Assembly: GCF_039654945.1 (NCBI RefSeq)
Contig: NW_027361675.1
Coordinates: forward strand, 25,854,001 to 25,918,000
DNA: 64,000 nt
Source: Dendrobates tinctorius
Taxonomy: Eukaryota
Reading direction: 5' to 3'
Position numbers and translations under genes: made by a program. The notes beneath the pieces are model-generated. The model had not been told where the DNA came from. It was given only the letters and a program-made list of their open reading frames with translations, and did no database searches. Shown here one piece after another: positions 11,382-25,979 of this stretch. The stretch's first letter is position 1. Each line of letters begins with the position of its first letter.

Positions 11382-12004
11382 GGGACTGTCGGCACAATAT
11401 TCGTCCACTGCTTCCCACCCAGGGACTGCTTTGGGACGTCCCAAGGTTCTGTGTCCCCCAATTAGGCGACAGAGTAAAGGAGATTTTTGTGTACTCACCG
11501 TAAAATCTCTTTCTCTTAGCCTTTAATTGGGGGACACAGCTCCCACCCTGTTGCCCTTACGGGCCGTTGTTTCCTGTTGAGTTCTCATATTGTTCTTGAG
11601 CTCGTACATAGTAGCCTTCTTACAGGCATGGTTATGTTATTTGGTTACGTTCCTCCTTATGCTTTGGCACAAAACTGGAGAAGGCTGACGCCGTCCAGGG
11701 GTGTATACTGCAGAGGAGGAGCCAAAGTTAATCTTTTTTCAGATTATGCATAGTGTCGCCTCCTAGTGGACAGCAGCATAACACCCAAGGTTCTGTGTCC
11801 CCCAATTAAAGGCTAAGAGAAAGAGATTTTACGGTGAGTACACAAAAATCTCCTTTTTTTTTCCTTTAAGGCTTATTTATTTGATATCTTTTGTAAACTT
11901 ACCAGGCTAAGTGGACTCTAAGCTGTAAATAAAATCTTTTGAAATAAATTGTAAAATTATTTTCAATTCTGAATACCTATTAGTTTTTACTTTGCTTCTT
12001 TTAA

Positions 12005-12337
<333 letters not shown>

Positions 12338-13134
12338 TAGTAGTTTGTTCTGGGCAAATAAGATGCCACGAACAAAAACAAACACTTCCTGATCTCATTT
12401 CACAGTAAACTTTCGCCGTACCCCCACACTGACTGCTGGGAGATGAGATATGTAAGTGTTTGTAATGATACATAGCTCAGCTTTGCTGTATCTTCACACT
12501 ATAGATATAGAGATCAGTGAGAAGACGAGGGCATGTTCTTTTCTGTCCTGCACACTGCTTCCACCCTCACTGAAATATATGTCTGGTAACACCTAGACTT
12601 AGTTGAAGTGTAACATAACTTATACCCTATAAACAAAATACTGTTTTACTTATCTTTGCAGCCAGTATTTCATGATGTGGCCAGTTTAAAGGGGTTGGGA
12701 CAACCTTCTCAATTCCTATGTTGGCCCCTTGTATAATAATTCCGCTTATACTCGCCTTCGGTGGCAGCTCTGTTCCAGCAGTGTCGACACTGGCTCTCCC
12801 AGGGATCGCTTAACATTGCTTTATCACGCGATCTCTTTGGCAAATCAGCAGCAGCTCTCACTTGCATCCGGAGTGTGAAATGCTGCTGATTGGCCGCAGG
12901 GATCATGTGACATAACAATGTTACGCGATCCATGGGAGAAACACCTACCACACTGGGTGGGTGTGAATAGTGTCCCCCAATTGCCGAAACGAATGGAGAG
13001 AAGTGCTCAGCTGAACTCTGTGCCCCCTTGCTTTCATTTGGCTATATTAAGAGAGTGGAGCCTTCGATGCACAGATTTTCTAGGAAGTCCATAGACTGTT
13101 GTTGGTCCGCTATGTAATTGCTAACCCTGTGTAA

Positions 13135-13296
<162 letters not shown>

Positions 13297-13419
13297 TAAT
13301 ACTATGTCGTCCCATATGCAATGGGTAAATTAGATTTGCTATAGAAGGTTGCTGAAAAAAGTGCTGTACGATACCATATTGCATGTTCTCACCTTTTTGG
13401 TTTCCATCTTTTCTCTTAG

Positions 13420-13531
13420 TGATGTGTATTTATCGTCACGGGACAGACAGATACTTGACTGGCATTTTGCAAATTTAGAGTTTGCTAATGCAACCCCCCT
13501 TTCTACACTTTCTCTCAAGCATTGGGATCAG
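13420..13531 (+). CDS. KDM1A: KDM1A exon ([38 protein letters not shown])
   Basis: ctcttag acceptor, gtaatt donor; LSD1 sequence. Confidence 0.97.
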
Positions 13532-13612
13532 GTAATTTGTATAGCGGTTTTGTCCTACCTTGTATTAGTTCCGTACATTTCCTTCTGTAACAGTGTTACT
13601 CCTGTATGGCAG

Positions 13613-13745
13613 GATGATGACTTTGAATTCACCGGCAGCCATTTGACTGTTCGGAACGGTTATTCCTGTGTCCCCGTGGCTTTAGCAGAGGGTCTCGATA
13701 TCAAGCTTAATACGGCCGTCCGACAAGTGCGCTACACAGCTTCTG
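13613..13745 (+). CDS. KDM1A: KDM1A exon ([45 protein letters not shown])
   Basis: ggcag acceptor, gtaagt donor; LSD1 sequence. Confidence 0.97.
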
Positions 13746-14044
13746 GTAAGTCCTATGCAAATCTGGGCTCTGTACACTAGTGTTGGGCGATTCAGCATCA
13801 CGCTGGATGTGGAACGTTGTACTCTTCTTACTTCCCCATCATTCTTCCTAGTGCTGCACACGACAGCGTAAACAAGGGCAATTATCAGGGAAAAAACATA
13901 TTAATTGGGGTGAACCCCTTAGTGACTGACCCTATTTTGACATTAATGACAGCTGCATTTCTCAGCACTGACATGTCACTTTATGTGGTGATAAAGCAGG
14001 AAGGCTGCTATATGCATCAGTTGTTTTTCGTGACACTTTGAACT

Positions 14045-15331
14045 TTGTTCTAGGCCCCCTCCTCTTCTCCTTGTACACTGCCCCTATTGGTCAAACAATC
14101 AGTAGATTTGGTTTCCAGAATCATCTCTATGCTGATGACACCCAATTATACACTTCTTCTCCTGACAATACGCCAGCCTTTCTAGAAAACACCGGCGATT
14201 GTCTAAACGCTGTGTCTAACATTATGTCCTCACTATATCTGAAACTGAACCTGTCAAAGACTGAACTCCTTGTGTTTCCTCCCGCTACTAATGTACCTAT
14301 ACCCGACATTGCCATTTCTGTGTGTGGCTCCACTATTACTCCCCAGCAACATGCCCGCCGTCTTGGGGTCATACTTGACTCCGAGCTTTCCTTTGCCCCC
14401 CCACATTCGATCACTGGCTCGCTCTTGTCATCTGCACCTCAAAAACATTTCTAGCATTCGACCTTTTCTTACTTTTGACTCTGCCAAAACTCTTACTGTT
14501 TCTCTTATTCATTCTCGTCTCGACTATTGTAACTCTCTTCTAATAGGTCTCCCTCTTACCAAACTCTCCCCTCTCCAATCTGTCTTGAATGCTGCAGCCA
14601 GGATCATATTCCTCACCAATCGTTACACCGACGCCTCTACCTTGTGCCAGTCATTACACTGGCTACCCATCCACTCCAGAATTCAGTATAAACTTATTAC
14701 CCTCACCCACAAAGCCCTCCATGGCTCAGCAGCACCCTACATCTCCTCCCTTGTTTCAGTATACCACCCTACGTACGCCCTCCATTCTGCTGATGACCTG
14801 AGGTTAGCATCCTCAATAATCAGAACCTCCCACTCCCGTCTCCAACACTTTACACATGCTGCGCCAATTCTTTGGAATGCACTTCCCAGGTCAATACGAT
14901 TAGTCCCCAATCCCCGCAATTTTAAGCGTGCCCTGAAAACGCATTTATTCAGACTGGCCTACCGCCTCAACACATTAACCTAATCTATCCCTGTGTGGCA
15001 CAGCCAAACGTTTTACCATAACCAGGTTCCCCGCATCATGTTCCCACATGCTTTATGCATCCATTAGCCCTCTTTGTCTCTACTGTTACACACTTAACAT
15101 TATGGCTGGTCCATACAATCAGGGCAACTGTTACCATCCACCTTTCGTGTCTCCCCTTTTTTCCTCATAGACTGTAAGCTTGCGAGCAGGGCCCTCATTC
15201 CTCTTGGTATTTGTTATACTCTATGTGATTATTGTTATGCTGTAATGTCTATTGTCTGTACAAATCCCCTCTGAAATGTAAAGTGCTGCAGAATATGTCG
15301 GCGCTATAGAAATAAAATTTATTATTATTAT
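14045..15331 (+). mobile_element. 5'-truncated L2 LINE
   Basis: [20 protein letters not shown]; 3'UTR ending in stem-loop and (ATT)n tail; one frameshift near 14400. Confidence 0.92.
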
Positions 15332-18300
15332 TTGTTCGCTGTAAATTTAGATTGACGTTTTGCATTTATTTATGAAATTATTTGTACCTTGATGAAAATT
15401 CTAAAAAATCAGCAATTTTTTACACTTTGAATGTGTAGTCCCCCAAAACACAGAGTAATGCCTCACAAATAAAAAATAATAAACATTTGCCGTATGTGTA
15501 CTTTGTCATGTTCCCATGTCTACGTCGCGTAATGTTTCAAATGTCCTTTTAGATGTTTGGAGGGTTAAGGGTTTAGCAGCAATGTTTGGGGTTTTTTTCC
15601 CCAATAAAATTCACAAAATATTTTTTCTTTGTCGCTTCATTGGGGCACACATGTAAAAATGGGATGTATGCTGCTGTCGCTAGGAGGCTGACACTAAGCT
15701 AGAAAAGGAAAATAGCTCCTCCTCAGCAGTATACACCCACCAACAGGCACCAAGTACTTCAGTTTAAGCTTAGTGTCTGTAGGAGGCGGACCTGGATCTA
15801 ACCCCAAATTCGCATTTTCCTTTTCAGGTTTCTTGTGTTTTTATTAATCTTTTCTCTTTGTCTGTCAGGTTCTTCTTCCTTAGGGCAACAGGGTCTAATT
15901 TCTCACCCTGTTTTCCCGTACCTATGCGACCAAGAGAGCAGTATGGTGTTACCCACATCGCCAACTCACAAACCCGCAGGCTGGACCTAATCCCCTGTCA
16001 CCTTTTACGGGTGTTTCAAGGTGATTCCCTGTGGCCTATTCTAGCCTTTTCCCCTCCCTACCCCTCTCCTCGGAGATGGCTGGGAGGAAGACAGTGGTCA
16101 CCCTTTCTTGTAAGGGGTTGATGCCGTCTTCTGCACCATCTGGAGACGGTGCGGGAAGGAGGATTTATCATACCAGGACCCCCATCCATCTGAGGGCTCC
16201 TGAAGGCATCCTCATCGGTGAAGAGGAACCGTGGACCCACCTTGCAGGTATGTATTTTCCCTTCTCCGTAGCGGCGCACGCAATTTTTGTCCTATTCAGA
16301 CCACATGGGACAGGGCGGCTTTAGTGCAGCAATTCCTAGACAGCCGTGGCCATTTCTTCCTGGTCGGTTCCAGTCTTTGGGGCCAGCCCCCTTTCTTTCC
16401 TGGCTGTGTATCTTCATCGGCTTCCCGGCCACTCACCATCGCACGTTTGAATTGCGCGCTCTTTTAGACCAATAGAAGGTCTTGCTGGGTCAAAGATTCT
16501 CCTGCTCTGACCTGGCCACCCCCACCCCCCACGCTTCGGGTATCCTTGGCACGTTTTTTGCTCCTATCATGGAGCTTCCTCTCCCTGCCAGCACGTGCCC
16601 CCGGCGTTTCAACCAATCGGTGGGACGCTTTCTATCTCTCACCGGCCGGCAGATCTTCCTTGCTGTTCACGCCCTCCGGCGTGTCAGCCAATCAGAAGGA
16701 TACTTTCTCTTTGACCGGCCGCCGTTTCATCGCACTGCATTGTGCTTGCTGTGTGACACAGCACAGCCGATGCTACATCGGAACTTGTGCCTCAGTAGAT
16801 TGTAATCCTATCTGACACACTGCTTTTATCTGCACTTTTCCTGCGCCCTCGGCATCAGACCTCTCTGCATCTAATCTGCGGACATCTGTCTCAGGGGTAC
16901 ACGGCTAACCTCACAGTCATCTGCTGACCGTTGCTGACATCAGATAGGCTCTGCCGTCTCTCTCTCCTTCATTTCTTCTGTCCCCCTATATAGCCCTTCT
17001 CAGCAGTATTACTAAGGCTCGAGTTATGCCCAACCCTGCAGAGGCTTCTCTTTGCCCCTCTAAGCCTACTGTGATTCATTACGCCTGTCCCCTCTGCCCG
17101 TCCTGCAGTTGTTCCACCATGTCTGCCCCACAGGAGCACCCTAATGCCTGGGAGAAGAGCACACCACTCCCTCTGGAGTGGGCTATTGCCATGTCAGTCG
17201 GTCTCTGACCTGACAAAAGTATCACAGTCCCTGGTCCGGGTCTTGGAGCATCTTCCACATTTGTCTACCGCCACCAGTGCTCCAAACGCCTCTCATGGTG
17301 ATTCACTCACACCTGATCATGGCCTTCCCAGGGACAGATCGGGTACAAAGCAAAGGAAGCGGGCTCTTTCCAGTTCCTCCTCCAGGTCTCTCTACTCTCC
17401 TCTCCCCATGCCCCCTCCTCGGAGGCTGCTTTTGGGTCGGATGCGGGTTCCCAGTCTGAGTGTGATATGGACCAGGTCTCAAAAATGCAGAATATGGTCA
17501 ATAGCCTTATCTTGGCAAGTACCCAAACTCTTAACGTAAAGGACGATGATGCACCTGCTCAGGTGCACTCTGTTTCCTTCAAACGGGTAAAACGCCCTTC
17601 CCGGACTTTTCACAATCACAAGGAATTTGAAGCGATTATGGCTAAACATTTGGAACATCCTGAAAAATGCTTCCTGGGAAAGAAGCAGCTAGACATTCTT
17701 TATCCCTTTAGCCCAGACCTCTTAGGTGGATGGGCAGAGTCCCCTAATGTAGACCAGCCGGTTTTTCGTCTGTCTTTCAAGACAGTCTTGTCTCTGCCGG
17801 ACGGTGCATCTCTTAAGGACGCTACGGATAGGCAGATTGAGTTCTTGGCTAAATCAGCCTTTGAAGCAGCTGGCACCTCCCTCTGTCCCATCGTCACCCC
17901 CACCTGGGTGGCAAAGTCCATGTCTGCCTGGGCAAGAATGCTTTGCCAGGGTATCCTAGCGGCAGCACCTCCGGATGAGATGGCAGATTTGGCAGACCAG
18001 TTTGCCCATGCCAGCAAATATCTTCTGACCGCCTCCTTGGATGCGCCCAGTTGTTCCACCAGGGCAAACATCAACATCATTGCTATACGCCGCATTCTCT
18101 GTTTGAAAGCATGAAATGCAGATCCACCCTCAAAAAGTCTCTCACTAACCTTGCCTTTCGGGTCCAAACTGGATCAGATGATTTCAGATGCTACCGGCAG
18201 GAAAAGCACCTCTCTTCCCCTGTCCAGGCCTAAACGTCCTTTCAACATGAAAAGGTCGCTTCATTTTTGTTCCTATCGGCCCTTCTCTTCTTCAGGGACT

Positions 18301-19324
18301 TCCTCCCGGCAGGACCACTCTTCTGCCCAAGGGGAACGGAAGAAGCTGTCCTTTAAACCGGCACCTCACTGGCGGCCTTGGTTGCTCCGCCAAGCCCTCT
18401 GGATCTCTCCAGGGTGGGAAGCTGGCTTCTTCTCTTCCAGGAAGCATGGTCGACGATGCCTGGGTCAAAGAGATAGTGGCGCCCGGTTACAAAATCGACT
18501 CTAACCCCCCCCCCCCCCCCATTCCTTCTTCCCCGGAGAACATTTCTTTTTGTCTCGCCTGCTAAGACTCCCGTCTCAGGCCCCAGAGATTCTTCAGGCC
18601 GTCTCTTCCCTACTACGCACAGGAGTAATTGTACCCAGTTTTAAGGGTTCTACTCCAATCTTTTCGTAGTCCCGAAGAAAGATGGATCGCTATGTCCAAT
18701 TTTGGACCCCAAGCAACTGAACCGTTAAGTTAGGATCCGTCATTACAGGATGGAGTCCCTACGTTCGGTAATCGCGTACATGGAACCAGGAGAATTTCTT
18801 TGCTCTGTAGACATTCAGGATGCTTATTTTCACATTCCTGTTTGTGTTCAGGATCAGAGATTCCTACGATTTGCGATCCAGGAGGACCACTAACAGTTTA
18901 CGGCTCTTCCCTTCGACCTGGCCTCTGCCCCCAGAGTATTCATGAAGGTCATGGCAGCGGTCATGGCTATCCTTAGTTCCAAGGGGATTCTCATAATCCC
19001 TTACTTGGACGATCTTCTGGTCAAGGGGCTGTCCCGCCAAGACTGCGACCTGAGTCTTCAGATCGCGTTGGACACTCTGGTCCATCTCGGTTAGATTGTC
19101 AACAGAGAGAAGTCCTCCCTGACCCCAGCTCAGCACCTGGTGTTTCTCGGCAGGAGGTTCGACACGGCCCAAGCCAGTGTCTTCCTACCAAGGGAAAAGT
19201 TTCTAACAGGGGATCCGCATTCTGAAGCGGCCAACTCCTCTCCCCCTACAGCCCTGCATCAGCGTTCTGGGGAAGATGATTGCTGCCATGGAGGCTGTGC
19301 CTTTTGCCCAGTTCCATACCCCGT

Positions 19325-20395
19325 TGTTGTGAACACTTTTGACCTGACTTATGAGTTTGGGCTCCTTCTGGTGGTTGCTGCGGGTAATGGAGCTGGTCGG
19401 GTTGACACAAGTCAATCACCTGAAGAGGATGCCTGGAGGTCAGGTGTTACAGAGTGGGAAGATTTAAGTCAGCAAGTTTCCCTCCGTTGTTGCTGGTGAT
19501 TTGGTTTTGATTCTGTTATGATTAGGTCACTTAGGAGGATAGCAGGGAATAAGCTAGGCAACCAGAACACCAGAAAGGTTGGTAACTAAGCGGATTGCAG
19601 ACCCCTAAAACTAACAACACAACCAGAATTAGCCGTGGGACGTACCTACGATGCCCTAGACGCCTCGGCACAGCCAAAGAGTTAACTAAGCCTAAAGCAA
19701 GAAAGGGCAAAGCTAAACTGCCCCGGAGTAGAGCCCCAAAGGAATAGATAGCCCCCAAACATATATTGCTAGTGAGACAAGATGAGGCACAAACACAGGC
19801 GGAAAATAGAGTAAGCAAATGATGGGGCCCAAACTGTCTAGATAGGACAGGAAAGATACTGTCTGCAATCAAGCAAAAAACCCTAAAAAAAATCCAACAC
19901 GTCTGATATGCAAAAATGCTGAGGCCACACAACCTCTCCCCCACTAGATCAGAATGCTGGAGTGAACTGGAAGCAAAATAAAAGATACTGATATAACAGG
20001 GGACTAGCAATACTGAACACACTGGCATAAGCTGTATCATATGGAACGGGGTCCAGCACTGGTCCCAGCAGGGAACAATGCTGAATCCACACAGCAAAGC
20101 AGAGAAAGGCAAAAACTGGATCAAATGCAAAAACATTCCAGCAAACAAATAACTTATCTGAACGATGCAGGACCAAGCAGGGGGCAAGCAGACTTCAAAA
20201 TGCACAGACAGAAAACCAAATCACCAGCAACAACTGAGGGAAGCTTGCTGACTTAAATCTTCCCAGTCTGCAACACCTGACCGCCAATCATCCTCTTCAG
20301 GTGATTGACTTCTGTCAACCTGACCAGCTCCATTACCCGCAGCAACCACCAGAGGGAGCCCAAACTCAGAAGTCGGGTCAAAACTGTTCACAACA
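19325..20395 (-). mobile_element. Solo LTR (19514-20395, minus strand, probably Gypsy-type) preceded by an inverted copy of its own 5' end
   Basis: Minus-strand tgttgtgaa...tcataaca LTR ends; 19325-19508 is an inverted copy of 20212-20395; flanks ccccgt and ccccat. Confidence 0.75.
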
Positions 20396-21369
20396 CCCCA
20401 TCCTCTTCAGCTTGCCCTCTTGTCTGCCTGGGACAAGAGGACCATCTCTCTGGACCGGCCGTGGTCTTGCCCCTCAAGGCAATCCCTAACCTGGTGGACA
20501 CTATCCACCTCAGTCCTGCGTGGGAAGTTCTTCCTCCCTCTCTGTGGCAGGTCATCACTACTGATGCCAGTCTCCTCATTTGGGGAGCAGTCTTCTTCAT
20601 CACACAGCGCAGGGTCTCTGGAACTTCCAAGAAGCCGCTCTCCCCATCAATCTTCTGGAAATCAGGGGAATTTTTCGTGCCCTACGCCATTGGCAGTCCC
20701 TCCTCTCAGGCCAGCCGATTCGCATCAATCGGACAACGCCACTGCCATGGCTTACATAAACCATCAAGGAGGGACTCTTAGCAAAGTGGTGATGGCAGAG
20801 GTAACAAGGATTCTGCGATGGGAGGAGCGCCATGTTCCCGCCTGATCAGCCGTTCACATTTGGGGGGTGGAAAATTGGGCTGCTGATTTTCTGAGTCGCC
20901 AGGGTCTCACATCGGGCGAATGGTTTCTCAATCCCGCCATTTTCAACCAAATATGCCGGAGATGGGGCACACCAGACGTCGACCTGATGGCATCTCGGAT
21001 GAACCACAAGGTTCCTCAGTTCGTAGCCAGGTCCTGGGATCTGCTAGCCATCGGTTGCGATGCCCATTGGTTGCATGGTCCCAATTCCAGCTGCCTTATC
21101 TTTTTCCGCTTCTCCCCTTGATTCCGAGTAGTGAAAATGATAAAGGCGGAAGGAATTCCCTTAATCCTGGTAGATTCAGACTGGCCAAGAAAGGCCTGGT
21201 GCGCGGAGCTAGTGAACATGCTCCCTGGAGGCTTCCAGATCTTCTCTCACAAAACCCCCTCTTCCACCAAAGTTCACAGTCTGAGTTTAACAGCATGGCC
21301 GTTGGGGCCGCAGTCCTGAGGGAGACCGTTTTTTCCCATTAGGTCATTCAGACCATGATTAGGGCAAAA

Positions 21370-21780
21370 GAAACAGCATCTCGCGAGCGTGACGTCATTG
21401 CAAGTACTTTGCGCAAAGCAGTACTGGGACCGGAAGATGCCGGGAGCGTGGTGAGAGGCGGGAAGGAGATCGGGGGCTGTCGGAAGGTGAGAATAACAAT
21501 ATTTTTTGTATTATTTTTTACATCCTATCTTTTACTACTGATGCTGCATAGGCAGCCTCAATAGTAAAAAGTTGGTCACACTTGTCAAACACTGTTTGAC
21601 GAGTGTGACCAACCTGTCAATCAGTTTTCCAAGCGATGCTACAGATCACTTGGAAAACGCTAGCATTCTGCAAGCTAATTACGCTTGCAAAACGCTAGTG
21701 TTTAGCTGGAAATACGCGGGGTTTCTCGCGCATTTCCCATGGCATAGAATTGCGGAATTCCCGCAGGAATTTCAGACAGG
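21370..21780 (-). mobile_element. Fragment of the Harbinger-type MITE family seen at 47549-48410, replacing part of the DIRS 2 recombinase gene
   Basis: Reverse complement of about 47570-47990 (gcaagctaattacgcttgcaaa, ggtcacact...gtcaaaca). Confidence 0.7.
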
Positions 21781-22571
21781 TGCACATAGCCTTAGAGTCT
21801 ACCTCTCGAGGACTGCTTCCTATAACCTCTCTGATGCCCTATTTGTCATCTCTGAAGGTCGTCGTAAGGCGCTTCCAGCTTCCAAATCAACCATTGCCCG
21901 TTGGATTCGTTCACCAATATTGGAGGCATACCACCTTCAGGACAAACAACCTCCTCCGGGGGTAAAGGCTCACTCCACAAGGGCAGTGGGAGCTTTCTGG
22001 GCAGTTCGTCACCAGGCTTCGGCTTTACAGCTTTGTAATGCCACGACCTGGTCATCTTTGCACACTTTTGCGAGGTTTTACAGGGTTCATACCCATGTCT
22101 TCTCTGATGCAGGCCTGAGGAGGAAGGTGCTGCAGGCGGCGGTAATGCACCAGCCGACCTAAGTCTGTTTCTTTGCATTCTTTCTGTTTCCCACCCTTGG
22201 GACTGCTTTGGGATGTCCCATGGTTATCTGTGTCCCCCAGTGAAGCGATAAAGCTGACCGCTATCTAATGTGTATGGCCAAATTTATGTCAGACAACAGC
22301 AACCGCGCACAAAACGTGCGAGGCTGTGCCCCTGAAACAGCCATATACTCCTCAAAAAATGCCAGCAAGAGTATTTTTGTCCCACTGTAAAATATGTAGC
22401 GCGACCTCTGATTATTGCTGTAAACTGCAACATTTAATTATATTTTAACGCCATTTCCAATTTTGTTGACACTTCTGCTTTTAGTAGAATATTCATATGT
22501 TTTGGGGGTTTTTGTGCAGTATATTTTAGTCTAATTTTTCCTTCTATCAATAATATATATATATTTTATAA

Positions 22572-22889
<318 letters not shown>

Positions 22890-23299
22890 TGACAGCAAGC
22901 TATGGCTGTATGTAGGCAAGACCTAGGTAATAACCTATGTGGCTGGCATGTAGATCATTCCATGAAGCCTGGCCTATGGCTCGACTTTATTGAAAACATC
23001 ATTTTGGCTATACTACATTATACTATACACTACAAGCAATAAAATGACTGCATGTTTGAGAGCCCCAAGTCAGGTAAAAAAAGTAAAAATCAAAAAATGT
23101 AGTGTTTTTTTAATTAAATTTTTTTTTTTTTTAATCGCTTAAGTTACTGCCCCCTTTCCTGGTGACAAACTAAAATTATATTTGGCATTGTTGTAGCAAT
23201 AACGCAATAGACAAGCCCTCAAATGGCTGCTTTTCTAGAAAACTAGTAATAAGTCTCCAAAAAAAAAACAAAAAATGACCCAAATCACTTAAATATTAT

Positions 23300-24452
23300 C
23301 CCCTTCCCCACCTTGGGATTTTTCATTTTCGCGTTTCCGTTTTTTGCTCCCAATGTTGTAAGTCGTACTTTTGATTGACTCCAGAAATTTTACCATATCG
23401 CGTACTGGAAAACAGGGAAAAAAATTCCAAGTGCGGTGAGATTGCTAAAAAGTGCAATTCTACAATTATTTTTTTTTTTTTTTTTAATTTAGCATGGTCA
23501 GTAAATTTTAAAACTGACCTGGCAATATGATTTTCTAGGTCCGTACGAGTTCACAGATACCCAACATGTGTAAGTTGTTTTTTATTTAAGAGGAGAAAAA
23601 AATTTCAAAAGTTTGTAAGAAAAAAAAATTGCTTATGTCACCATTTTCCAAGACCCGTAGCCTCTCCATTTTTCATGATCTAGGGCTGGGTGGGGGCTTA
23701 TTTTTTGCGTCCCTAGAATTATGTATTTAGTAATACCATTTTGGGATAGATACAAATTTTGATAGCCTGTTATTACATTATATTACAATATTGCGGCTGC
23801 AAAAAAACCCGACAATTTTGGTGTTTAGATTTTTTTTTTTTTTCTCCTTATGCCGTTTGCCGAACGGATTAATTTACTTTATATTTTGATAGAGCGGACA
23901 TTTCTGAACCTAGCAATACACAAATATTTTTATTTTTAATTATTGTAGAATGGGTCAAAAAGGGGGGATGATTTGAACTTTGCTTTTTTTTTTTTTTTAA
24001 CTTTTTACTGGCTTCAAGTGAGACTTGAAGCTGTGATGATCCAATCGCCTGCCATAGCAGGGCTTCAGAGCTGCTTTGTGTAGCAGAAGATACCGATCTC
24101 CTATAGACATCAGCGTTCATAGGACCTTCACAATGACAGGCACAGGGGTCTTCTGCAGACCCTTGGCTATCATGGCAACCCATCAGCGCCCTGTGATCAC
24201 GTGACTGATGGGCAGGTCTTTTGAAGCACTTCCTCCCAGTGCATGTTAAATGCCGCTGTCAGTGATTGACAGCTTCATTTATCTGGTTAACAGCCGTAGG
24301 TGGATCTCTGTGCCATTCAAAACTACAACTCTCTCCTTTTTGGAAAAATAAGACCTCATTTGGGTATGTCAATAGAAAAGTAGGAGTTATCGCTCTTGGA
24401 AGAAGAGTAGAAAAAAAAATCCTGCAAAAATGGAAAATTGGTCATGATGGGG
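23300..24452. mobile_element. Non-autonomous TTAA-type DNA transposon (piggyBac-like ends)
   Basis: cccttc...ggggttaa ends; homologous to 39301-40481. Confidence 0.65.
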
Positions 24453-24561
24453 TTAAGCAATCAGTGATATATTTATTCCGGGGTACTTAAAGCAGCAAAA
24501 TTCCCACCTTTGCATGGAGAAATTAAATTTGATGTGTTTTTGGTTTTTTTTTTCGTTTTAG

Positions 24562-24804
<243 letters not shown>

Positions 24805-24881
24805 TAATATTTTAAATGCAATTAATGGACACTAATAAGTTAATTTAATATTATTTTTCTTTTTAATATACTCCATAACAG

Positions 24882-25009
24882 CACCGATACTGCTGGCCCT
24901 AGTGGCAGGAGAAGCTGCAGGAATCATGGAAAACATCAGTGATGATGTTATAGTTGGGCGATGTTTAGCCATTCTGAAAGGGATATTTGGAAGCGGTGCC
25001 GTACCACAG
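24882..25009 (+). CDS. KDM1A: KDM1A exon ([43 protein letters not shown])
   Basis: ataacag acceptor, gtaagg donor; read manually, absent from the ORF track. Confidence 0.96.
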
Positions 25010-25487
25010 GTAAGGGGTCATTCCACCACCACCATTGACGCCTGGCTTGAGTCACATAAAATGGAATAGGAACCAGCCTACAAGTGTGTTATACACAGAT
25101 TTTGTGGCGGAAATAGACATCGATTCTACTGTCCGCTTGTTATGAAATGTGTGGTTAAAATCTGCGGCATATCTGTTACAGATTGGGCATTGCTGTGGTT
25201 GGAAAAATTCTCCGGATGCCTAAAATCTGCTTGTACTACAAAATTTATGGTGTGGATGATTCAATTTAAATTCCGCAACAAATAAGTATTGTTTTTGTCA
25301 CGCCTTGCAGCTAGGTATTGGCCTTTTACCCTTGCATAATCTACTGCTAGATTCTCTGTATCTGTGTACACAGATTCAGAGATCTGTTGTACTATTTTAG
25401 TTTCACTGTTGACCTCTAGTATTGTGATATATAATGACATATCTAGATCCAGTCCAGTAATCTGTGGCTAGTAGACAATAGCCCTGA

Positions 25488-25979
<492 letters not shown>

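Larger units (their letters stand above)
5665..11856 (+). mobile_element. Full-length DIRS1-like tyrosine-recombinase retrotransposon (element 1), intronic in KDM1A
   Basis: Near-identical ITRs (about 5680-5817 and 11671-11807), right-end extension, internal complementary region about 11440-11539 joining both termini through TTT, no TSD, gag/RT-RNaseH-MT/YR ORFs. Confidence 0.97.
15624..22253 (+). mobile_element. Degraded DIRS element 2 lacking the right ITR, with internal insertions
   Basis: Left end tttctttgtcgcttcattgggg; gag remnants 17026-18400; broken RT/RNaseH/MT; YR C-terminus (AHSTR...FARFY) to 22162; ends inside the ICR. Confidence 0.9.

Noticed and set aside
19531-20205. 224-aa hydrophobic minus-strand ORF
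   Set aside because: Lies within a T-rich solo LTR and has no recognisable domain.
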